Shown here in pieces: positions 55,320 through 62,458 of a stretch of 64,000 nucleotides of DNA. Every line of letters begins with the position of its first letter. The first letter of the stretch is position 1. This DNA is from Clostridiales bacterium (lineage in GTDB: Bacteria > Bacillota > Clostridia > Oscillospirales > Oscillospiraceae). The position numbers and the translations under genes are program-made. Location: the NCBI GenBank assembly GCA_012838665.1, contig DUOX01000015.1, positions 29,133 through 93,132 of the forward strand, given 5' to 3'. The notes under the pieces are model-generated. The model was given only the letters and a program-made list of their open reading frames with translations. It was not told the DNA's origin and did not search any database.

Positions 55320-55348
55320 TTGACAGCATATGTATGTCGGTGTATAAT
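55320..55348 (+). promoter_or_regulatory. Perfect-consensus sigma-A promoter with no downstream ORF
   Basis: TTGACA (55320-55325), exactly 17 nt, TATAAT (55343-55348). Confidence 0.6.
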
Positions 55349-55354
55349 AAATTT

Positions 55355-55495
55355 TTTATTTTCTATAGCGCATTATCATACACCCTTTTTAAGTTGCCGC
55401 CCATCTGAGATGACCGGCAGGGGGCCAATCTGCCAATAAAACCATCCGGTAATATAAAGCGGCTGTGGGAGTTATCCACAGCCGTTTATGTCTTT
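55355..55495 (+). ncRNA. Candidate small RNA of about 140 nt (promoter-to-terminator unit)
   Basis: The unit is bounded by the consensus promoter and a terminator hairpin (55460-55484 plus T-rich tail). It contains no SD or ORF longer than 9 codons. An internal GGCAG/CTGCC hairpin is present. Confidence 0.3.
55460..55495. terminator. Bidirectional terminator
   Basis: Stem CGGCTGTGG (55460-55468) / CCACAGCCG (55476-55484), followed by TTTATGTCTTT on the + strand and TTTATATT on the minus strand. Confidence 0.7.
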
Positions 55496-55512
55496 ACAGA
55501 TATCCTGGTCCC

Positions 55513-55947
55513 CTACAAATAAGACCGTATATCAATGGTCAACTTCTCCTCAAGATTTATCAGTCTCTTGGCAATATCCTTGACTCTTTCCTCCGCTGCC
55601 TCGTATTGGTTTAAATATTTGTTCAGGGATTTTACGCCCATATTGCAGCCGTCCGTAATAAGTTCGGCAACTGTACCGTCTCCGGGCCTGACGGCAAGCC
55701 TGGCGTTGGTTTTCAGCCAGGACATCCCCTTTGCAATGGGGCTGGGCTCTTTTGAGTCGTCTCCGTACTCCTCAAGCATGGCGGCGGTTTCCTTTCCCAA
55801 CTCCTCGTGCTCACGTTTACAGGTACGAAGAAGCTGTTTCAGGGGTTCGTCTTCTACCGACGGCAGCGCCTCGTCTATAGAGCCGATACCCATTTTTATC
55901 CCTGAATTGCATTCCCTCAGCAGCTTAATTGTATCGGAATTAATCAT
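55513..55947 (-). CDS. Hypothetical all-helical protein
   Basis: 144-aa ORF with a helical-bundle-like composition. I could not assign a family with any confidence. Confidence 0.6.
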   Translation of the reverse strand: MINSDTIKLLRECNSGIKMGIGSIDEALPSVEDEPLKQLLRTCKREHEELGKETAAMLEEYGDDSKEPSPIAKGMSWLKTNARLAVRPGDGTVAELITDGCNMGVKSLNKYLNQYEAAEERVKDIAKRLINLEEKLTIDIRSYL

Positions 55948-56054
55948 TTTCCGCGCCTCCCTAATTCAGGTAAGCTTATTATCTGTGAAAAACGCAGTTT
56001 TATTAGCCGCTGAGAGAATGCGGGCTTATTTATCTGATTCAGGTGGGAAAGGCA

Positions 56055-56456
56055 TTATTCCTTTTCCCGCCCCAGCTTGGCGGAAGTGCGCTCCATAAAG
56101 CGGGCCATATCGATTATTGCCCGGTCGTGTTGGCCGGACCCTATCTCTCCGACCTCGTCATATGCGGCAACGCGGAAGGTGACCTTTTTCCCCTCCACGG
56201 CAATTACCTCGCTTTCGGCATATACCCGCATTCCCACGGGGGTTGCCGACATGTGGACCACGTCAACGCGGGTACCCACCGAGCCTTTACCCTGCCCCAG
56301 CGCCTCCTGCAGGCTGCTCCAGGCGGCCTGCTCCATAAGGGCTATCATGAAAGGCGTACCGAAAACCTTAACGCCACCGCTTCCCACAGCTTCCGCGGTG
56401 TTACTGTTGTCAACGACTGCTTCCGCCCTGCCCTTCATTCCGACAGCGATTTCCAT
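56055..56456 (-). CDS. Hotdog-fold thioesterase (FlK/PaaI-like)
   Basis: 133-aa ORF. GSGGVKVFGTPFMIALMEQAA ... THLAATPVG-like segment (VHMSATPVGMRV) is typical of this thioesterase subfamily. Confidence 0.75.
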   Translation of the reverse strand: MEIAVGMKGRAEAVVDNSNTAEAVGSGGVKVFGTPFMIALMEQAAWSSLQEALGQGKGSVGTRVDVVHMSATPVGMRVYAESEVIAVEGKKVTFRVAAYDEVGEIGSGQHDRAIIDMARFMERTSAKLGREKE

Positions 56457-56660
56457 AGAGAATTCCTCCTATTATTCCTTTATCGTATAGTGTAGGAATT
56501 GTTGGTTCTTATCCCAGACTTCCACGATAATTAATAATAACACTTTCCCTACGCATATTCCAGCCTCTACTGCCCCGGAAGGATTGTTATCCGGGACAAA
56601 CAAACCGTCTTTCTCGTCTTGGCGGTGCCGGCGGTTTTTTCAATAGATGCGAGGGAGCAA

Positions 56661-56688
56661 TTGACAATGTTTGGAGCTGCTATATAAT
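56661..56688 (+). promoter_or_regulatory. Putative sigma-A promoter of xdhC
   Basis: TTGACA (56661-56666), 16-nt spacer, TATAAT (56683-56688). This rules out the track start ATG at 56671. Confidence 0.55.
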
Positions 56689-56712
56689 AAGCATAGATAT
56701 GGGGGCATGGAC

Positions 56713-57726
56713 ATGAAGAAAATTTTCTTGGCTCTGATAAAGGCTTTTGAGGAAGGTAAAGACTCCGTACTGGTGACCATCATAGCAAGTTCCGGCTCCA
56801 CCCCCCGGGGCGCCGGGGCCAGGATGCTGGTGCTGCCCGAAAAATCCGTGGGGACCATAGGCGGGGGGGCCGTGGAGTTTGCCGCCCTGCAGACGGCAAG
56901 GAGACTCCTATCCCTCCGGGAAAGCCGCTTTCACAGCTACGACCTGAGCTCCGACGACGTTGAAAACCTCGGCATGGTCTGCGGCGGCCGCGTTACGGTA
57001 TGCCTCCAGTTTATTTCCTCAGCGGATTCCCACATGAGAAAACTCACGGAAAAGGCCCTTAAGCTGCTTTCGGGAAATGAGGACGCCTGGACAATCACCG
57101 ATATTACAGGCGGCACCGTAAACGGAATGGGGATTTACACAGCCTCAGGCCTTTGGGGTCTGGACATAAAGGGAGCTGAAAGGCTGGTCTCGGGCAGGGC
57201 CTATCCTGTGGAGCTGGGCGGCCGCACCCTGTACTGCGAGCCCTTAATCAGGGCGGGGCATGTATACATTTTTGGCGCCGGGCACATCTCCCGGGAGCTT
57301 GTGCCCACCTTAGCCCGGGTTGATTTTCGCTGTATTGTCTATGATGATATGAAGGACTTTCTCACAAGGGAGCTGTTTCCCGACGCGGAAAAGCTTATTT
57401 GCGGGGATTTTGGGGATATTTCCTCCCATATAGCCGTGACGGAAAAGGACTACATTGTCATAGTAACCAGAGAGCATAAATATGATTATACCGTACAGGC
57501 CCAGGCCCTGCGCACCCCGGCAAGGTATATTGGCATAATCGGCAGCAGAAAAAAGATTGCCTTTGTAACGGAGAAACTTAAAAACGACGGTTTTACGGAA
57601 GAAGACATTTCCCGAATAACCTCCCCCATCGGCTTGAAAATCGGTGCGGAAACCCCGGCAGAGATTGCAGTCAGCATAGCCGCCCAGCTTATTGCCATTA
57701 GAGCAGACTACCCGTCACAGCAGTAA
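56713..57726 (+). CDS. xdhC: XdhC/CoxI-family molybdoenzyme maturation (accessory) protein
   Basis: The N-terminal XdhC_CoxI motif (VLVTIIASSGSTPRGAGARMLV) is followed by a Rossmann-like XdhC_C domain (VYIFGAGHISREL). The start is ATG 56713 or 56707. Confidence 0.85.
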   Translation: MKKIFLALIKAFEEGKDSVLVTIIASSGSTPRGAGARMLVLPEKSVGTIGGGAVEFAALQTARRLLSLRESRFHSYDLSSDDVENLGMVCGGRVTVCLQFISSADSHMRKLTEKALKLLSGNEDAWTITDITGGTVNGMGIYTASGLWGLDIKGAERLVSGRAYPVELGGRTLYCEPLIRAGHVYIFGAGHISRELVPTLARVDFRCIVYDDMKDFLTRELFPDAEKLICGDFGDISSHIAVTEKDYIVIVTREHKYDYTVQAQALRTPARYIGIIGSRKKIAFVTEKLKNDGFTEEDISRITSPIGLKIGAETPAEIAVSIAAQLIAIRADYPSQQ

Positions 57727-57765
57727 AATCCCGCCCTCGCGCCGTAGCGCCGGGGCGGATTCTTC

Positions 57766-58014
57766 TTATTTGACCTTCCAGCGGTTGCCGCAGTTCTGGC
57801 AGATGCACATGCTGCTACGTACGGTCTTGGTCTTATACCTTCTGGGTCTGAATAAGGCGAAAATCAGCCGGGGTATGGTAAAGAATATCCATAGGATGGG
57901 CTCAAGCCACCAGCCGAAAACAAGCCAGTAAACCAGCCCGCTTTTCTTTTTTACCCGGGTTTCCGCTACCATTTGAACGTTGACATTTTCACTGCCGCAT
58001 CTTGGACATTTCAT
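57766..58014 (-). CDS. Small zinc-ribbon membrane protein
   Basis: 82-aa ORF with CPRCG at the N-terminus and CQNCG at the C-terminus, flanking a central hydrophobic hairpin. Confidence 0.65.
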   Translation of the reverse strand: MKCPRCGSENVNVQMVAETRVKKKSGLVYWLVFGWWLEPILWIFFTIPRLIFALFRPRRYKTKTVRSSMCICQNCGNRWKVK

Positions 58015-58041
58015 GCTTTACACTCGTTTCTGGGAAAATTT

Positions 58042-58890
58042 CTATGTGCTGGGGACAAGCTGGATTCTTACGCCGTCCACACTCAGGGTTGTGCCTTCCG
58101 GCAGTTCAATATTCTTATATCCCTGCTCGTACATGCCGCTGGACTGGTCGACACCCATAATGGCATTGATTCCTCCGTCAAACATGTTATCGGAGGATAC
58201 ATTCCCGCCGCCGGAAATTGCCACAATGTCATATACACCGGTCGGGAAGTCTTCGCCGGCAACAAAGTTGCCGTTGCCCAACTCCACCGTTTCGGCAATG
58301 GGCTGCTCCCTTTTCTTCAAAGGCTCCCCGCTGGCATTATCGGAAGTTATCTTAATCCTAACCCCGGATATGGATAAAACAGTACCCTCCGGCAGCCTGA
58401 TGTTTGAATATTCCTGTTCATACATGCCGCTGGAGGTGTCCACACCCATAATTGCGTTTATTCCGCCGCTGAATATGTTGCTGGACGACACGTTCCCGCC
58501 GCCGGAAACCGCGACTATATCATAGGTTCCCGCCGGGAAATCTATGCCCACAGTATAATGGCCGCTTCCAAGTTCCGTACTGTATGAAATCTGTGAAGGC
58601 GTATCTGTGGTGGGTTCGGGTTCTTCCGTCCGGGGAGGGGCTGTATCCGTATCCGGCGCCCTATCCGTTTGAGCTGGCGGAGTCGTGCTTATATCGCCGC
58701 CGTCGGGAGTTTCATTATCCCCAAGGTTACTTAAAATCGCAATGGCAGCAATGGCAATCAGTATATACCACCATTTAAACCTTCTGCGTTTGACGCCGCA
58801 GTTTGGACATACTCTTGCAGACTTTTCTATTTCTGCCCCACAGGTTTTACATCTGGTAATCTTCCCATCTGAGGGCCCGTTGCCATTCAT
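58042..58890 (-). CDS. Zinc-ribbon, single-pass membrane protein with tandemly duplicated extracellular domain
   Basis: Start taken at MNGNGPSDG (ATG at 58890). After CKTCG..CPNCG and a TM segment come two domains of about 85 aa that look highly similar by eye (G.Y.VG.DFP.G.YDIVA.SGGGNVSS.N.F.GGINAIMGVD.SSGMYEQ.Y.NI.LPEGT.LS..GVRI). Confidence 0.7.
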   Translation of the reverse strand: MNGNGPSDGKITRCKTCGAEIEKSARVCPNCGVKRRRFKWWYILIAIAAIAILSNLGDNETPDGGDISTTPPAQTDRAPDTDTAPPRTEEPEPTTDTPSQISYSTELGSGHYTVGIDFPAGTYDIVAVSGGGNVSSSNIFSGGINAIMGVDTSSGMYEQEYSNIRLPEGTVLSISGVRIKITSDNASGEPLKKREQPIAETVELGNGNFVAGEDFPTGVYDIVAISGGGNVSSDNMFDGGINAIMGVDQSSGMYEQGYKNIELPEGTTLSVDGVRIQLVPST

Positions 58891-59160
58891 ATCATACACC
58901 CTTTCTTTCGGATATTTGTCCTGAAACAATAAACAAGGCAGGCGGCGTTTCATATGCTTTTCTTAGTTTATCCAAAGCTTTAATTTTATTCATATTCCGC
59001 TCAAATAATGCAAAGAAAGGGTGGCGGGCAAGTTAAGAATAACAGGCGGAAGTTGTCCCAAGCGGATTTGCCGCATATCGGCAGCAGGCTTGTGGTTTAA
59101 TCTGCTGCGCATAAGGTATGTAAGCAGGTTTACGCATATGGCAAACCTGCTGAAAACTGT

Positions 59161-59253
59161 TTAAAAGAAGAATCCGCAACGGCGACGCCTAATGAATCTG
59201 CGGCGGCACCCACATCCTCTCGGCCGGCAGCCTCTAAAAAACCAGGACCGCAT
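59161..59253 (-). CDS. Candidate 30-aa Arg/Cys/Phe-rich micropeptide
   Basis: A consensus SD AAGGAGGT (59260-59267 on the + strand) sits 6 nt before the ATG. Product: MRSWFFRGCRPRGCGCRRRFIRRRRCGFFF. Absent from the ORF track. Confidence 0.3.
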   Translation of the reverse strand: MRSWFFRGCRPRGCGCRRRFIRRRRCGFFF

Positions 59254-59417
59254 GGTATTACCTCCTTTTCACTCGCGCGGCTGTCAAACGCACGCTATTA
59301 CATACTATGCGGTTTATCCCTTCAGCGACATGACAAGCAGCGCAGATAGGAAGGTTATGCGTTGTGGTGTCCATTTTGAAACTGTTAAAAATCAAAACCT
59401 AGTAAAGCGGAAATTCC

Positions 59418-59591
59418 CTAAATGTCTCCGCTTAACAGGTTTTCTGCATAGCTTCTGAGACTCTCGTATGAATTGACATTGCCGGCCCGGGTGCTGATAT
59501 GATTTCGGACATAAGCAGGAAGTTCCTCAAAAAACTGTCTTGCTCTCATGTCCTTTTCTAGCATTTCATACATATCCTGGTACTTGCGCAT
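59418..59591 (-). CDS. 57-aa hypothetical small protein
   Basis: A GGGGGTG SD precedes the ATG at 59591. Product: MRKYQDMYEMLEKDMRARQFFEELPAYVRNHISTRAGNVNSYESLRSYAENLLSGDI. Absent from the ORF track. Confidence 0.4.
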   Translation of the reverse strand: MRKYQDMYEMLEKDMRARQFFEELPAYVRNHISTRAGNVNSYESLRSYAENLLSGDI

Positions 59592-59707
59592 TATATCACC
59601 CCCAGGTTAGGATTTTCCGAATACAAGAAAACATGCATCCGACACAAATTTGACACAAAATATGGGCTAAAACAGGGGTTATAATTCAGGGCTTTCAAAA
59701 AGCCGAA

Positions 59708-59757
59708 ATCAAAACAAAAAACCCTCAGACCATTGAAAAACCAATGTTCTGAGGGTT
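59708..59757 (-). terminator. Rho-independent terminator after tRNA-Arg
   Basis: Stem CCCTCAGA (59721-59728) / TCTGAGGG (59747-59754). On the minus strand it is followed by TTTTTTGTTTTG. Confidence 0.8.
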
Positions 59758-59768
59758 TCGTTTTACCT

Positions 59769-59845
59769 TGGTACGCCCTAAGAGATTCGAACTCCTGACC
59801 TTCTGGTCCGTAGCCAGACGCTCTATCCAGCTGAGCTAAGGGCGC
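59769..59845 (-). tRNA. tRNA-Arg (anticodon ACG), CCA encoded
   Basis: The minus strand reads GCGCCCTTAGCTCAGCTGGATAGAGCGTCTGGCTACGGACCAGAAGGTCAGGAGTTCGAATCTCTTAGGGCGTACCA. The cloverleaf fits by hand, with anticodon loop CUACGGA and T-loop GTTCGAATC. Confidence 0.9.
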
Positions 59846-59861
59846 ACAAGAGCGCCCTAGT

Positions 59862-59890
59862 ATCATAGCACGGATGGAAGGCAATTTCAA
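59862..59890 (-). promoter_or_regulatory. Putative promoter of tRNA-Arg
   Basis: On the minus strand: TTGAAA (59885-59890), 17-nt spacer, TATGAT (59862-59867). Confidence 0.55.
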
Positions 59891-59950
59891 GTGTTTTTTA
59901 AAAAAGGGCTAGTTTCCGCCAGGAAAACCTTTATACCATATTAAACTGTG

Positions 59951-60121
59951 TTACCAGCCCATGGCATCATTGAGGCTTTCAATGACCTCTCCCACAGACC
60001 TTAAGGCTTTGCCCACCATTTTCTTGCCGTTTTTCTTTGGTGTCGCAACAGCCATGCCGATGGCGGATCCAACCATAAGACCCACGCCTACGCCTTTTAC
60101 GAAATTCTTACCGTTACTCAT
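59951..60121 (-). CDS. 56-aa Gly-rich small membrane-associated protein (YtxH-like composition)
   Basis: Internal start at MSNGKNFVKGVGVGLMVGSAIGMAVA, preceded by a GGAGGG SD. The longer track ORF (to 60268) has no SD. Confidence 0.5.
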   Translation of the reverse strand: MSNGKNFVKGVGVGLMVGSAIGMAVATPKKNGKKMVGKALRSVGEVIESLNDAMGW

Positions 60122-60543
60122 ACGGTTATCCCTCCAAATATAATTGTTCAGCCTGCAAAATGGCAGTGGCGCAAGAATCGACTTTAATTTTAGTGCACTT
60201 GTTACTGTCTCTTTCGTGCATAAAGCTTGCCGTATAATGAGCCACCAGAGAAAAATCTGTCCCCACATACATTCACCGCCATTTTTTCAGAATGCCTTTT
60301 AATTGCAATGATAGTATGCGCACGAAACAATTTTATAATGCATTATTACTTTTCCTGATATACTATAAATAGGAAAGAATTACAATTTCTGTTTTTTAGT
60401 CAAAAAATTTCATGGCAAACAACATAGATAACACGCAAGTTGTTATGTATGTTGCGTATACAGCTTAGAATATGATAGAATAACCGAAAAGCGGCCGTTC
60501 TGCTTAGTTTTTAGTCGGAAATTTAAAATGAAAGGGCATATAT

Positions 60544-61317
60544 ATGACCGTCAATATACTGGCTGTAGGGGATGTCTGCGGCTCAAACGGGCTGGAATTT
60601 CTGAGGGCGCACCTGCGCAGCGTAAAAAAAATGAAAAATATCGCCTTTACTGTTGTAAACGGCGAAAACGCCAATGTGGTAGGCATAACCCCTAGACAGG
60701 CAGACCACATATTCGCATCCGGAGCGGATATTATCACCATGGGCAACCATACTTGGACCCGTTGGGAAATGCAGCCCTATCTGGACGATAACAGCCGCAT
60801 CCTGCGGCCGGCCAACTATGCCCCCCAGTGCCCGGGCAGGGGTTATGGCGTGTTTGAAACAAAATTTGGTCCCATCTGTGTCATTAATCTTATGGGCAGA
60901 TACGCACTGGACTCCAATATCGACAACCCCTTTGTTGTGGTTGAGAATATTCTGGAAAAAATCAAGACAAAAGTTATTCTTGTGGATATGCACGCCGAGG
61001 CCACAAGCGAACGCCGGGCAATGGGTTTTTTTCTGGATGGCCGGGCAAGTGCCGTCTGGGGTACCCATACCCATGTCCAGACCTCCGACGCTGAGGTGCT
61101 TCCTAAGGGAACGGGGTACATTACCGACCTGGGTATGACGGGCCCCATCCATTCGGTGCTGGGCATCGACCTGGAACAGTCCATCTCAAAATTTCTGGGC
61201 GAACCGCCCCAGCGGTACAGAACCGCCTCAGGCCCCTGCAAAATGGAATGCGCCGTATTTGAAATAGACATGAATACCGGAAAATGTCTTAATGTGGAGG
61301 CTTTGAGAATTCAATAG
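60544..61317 (+). CDS. ymdB: TIGR00282-family metallophosphoesterase (YmdB-like 2',3'-cyclic-nucleotide phosphodiesterase)
   Basis: 257-aa ORF with ILAVGDVCG, VNGENA, GNHTW and HAEATSE motifs. Confidence 0.9.
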   Translation: MTVNILAVGDVCGSNGLEFLRAHLRSVKKMKNIAFTVVNGENANVVGITPRQADHIFASGADIITMGNHTWTRWEMQPYLDDNSRILRPANYAPQCPGRGYGVFETKFGPICVINLMGRYALDSNIDNPFVVVENILEKIKTKVILVDMHAEATSERRAMGFFLDGRASAVWGTHTHVQTSDAEVLPKGTGYITDLGMTGPIHSVLGIDLEQSISKFLGEPPQRYRTASGPCKMECAVFEIDMNTGKCLNVEALRIQ

Positions 61318-61354
61318 CACACTCACCGAGAGGGTTACATGGGGAGGATAAGTC

Positions 61355-62458
61355 ATGATTAGGATACTGCACGCCGCCGATTTGCATCTGGACTCGGCCT
61401 TTGAGGCTCTGTCCGATGCCAAGGCGGCCCTACGCCGCTCCGAGCAGCGGGAACTGCTATTAAAAATGGCAAGGCTGGCCGAGACTTCGGAAGCCCGGAT
61501 TCTGCTCCTGGCGGGCGACCTGCTGGACAGCGAAAGCCCGTACATGGAAACCGTTGAAATCTTTCAACAAGTCTTCGGTAGCCTCGAAATACCGGTGTTT
61601 ATTTCTCCAGGCAACCATGACTACTGGTCTCCCCGCTCCCCATATGCCCGCATTAAAATGCCGGAAAACGTACATATCTTCAAAAGTGAAACCATCCAAT
61701 GCGTGGAGCTTCCGGAGCTGGGAGCCAGAGTTTGGGGCGCCGGCTTTGTAAGCGGCAGCGCTCCCCCTCTTCTTTCCGGCTTTAGAGCGGAAAAAAGCGG
61801 GGATTTGGTTGACATAATGCTGATACACGGCCAGGTTGGCGCAAAGGACAGCAGCTACAACCCCATTACCGAGGAGGAGCTTGCCGGCAGCGGCATGGAC
61901 TATGTGGCACTGGGCCACGTGCACACATACAGCGGCCCCCGGAGGGCGGGAAACACTTGGTATGCCTGGCCCGGCTGCACTGAAGGCCGGGGCTTTGACG
62001 AGCTGGGCGAAAAGGGAGCGATTCTGGCTGATGTGGGGATAGGCCAGTGCGAAATCAGTTTCATCCCCCTGGCAAGTAGAAGATACGAGATAGTTGAGGT
62101 TGACATAACAAGCGCGACCGACATTGCCGCGGCGTTGGCCAACGCAGTACCTGATGATTCGGAAAGGGACATCTTCCGCATAGTCTTAAAAGGAGAGTGC
62201 TCCTCCGAACCGGACATAAACCAGCTTTACCGGCAGTTTTCACAAAGGTTTTTTGAGCTGCAAATAAGGGATAAGACCATACTGCGCCGCGATATCTGGG
62301 AGAAGGCTGAGGAAGATACCCTCCGTGGGCTGTTCCTCACAAAGCTGCGCAGGATGTATGAGGCTGAAAGCGGTGAGAAAGAGCGGGAAAAAATAGTCCA
62401 GGCCGCCCGCTGGGGCCTGAGGGCCTTGGAGAACGGGGAGGAACTGTACACGATATGA
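61355..62458 (+). CDS. SbcD/Mre11-family DNA repair exonuclease (YhaO-like)
   Basis: 367-aa ORF with calcineurin-like motifs ILHAADLHLD, LAGDLLD, GNHD and LGHVH. Confidence 0.85.
   Translation: MIRILHAADLHLDSAFEALSDAKAALRRSEQRELLLKMARLAETSEARILLLAGDLLDSESPYMETVEIFQQVFGSLEIPVFISPGNHDYWSPRSPYARIKMPENVHIFKSETIQCVELPELGARVWGAGFVSGSAPPLLSGFRAEKSGDLVDIMLIHGQVGAKDSSYNPITEEELAGSGMDYVALGHVHTYSGPRRAGNTWYAWPGCTEGRGFDELGEKGAILADVGIGQCEISFIPLASRRYEIVEVDITSATDIAAALANAVPDDSERDIFRIVLKGECSSEPDINQLYRQFSQRFFELQIRDKTILRRDIWEKAEEDTLRGLFLTKLRRMYEAESGEKEREKIVQAARWGLRALENGEELYTI

Noticed and set aside
59591-59890. 99-aa ORF from the track.
   Set aside because: It overlaps the tRNA-Arg(ACG) gene together with its terminator and promoter on the same strand. 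This is a spurious open frame.
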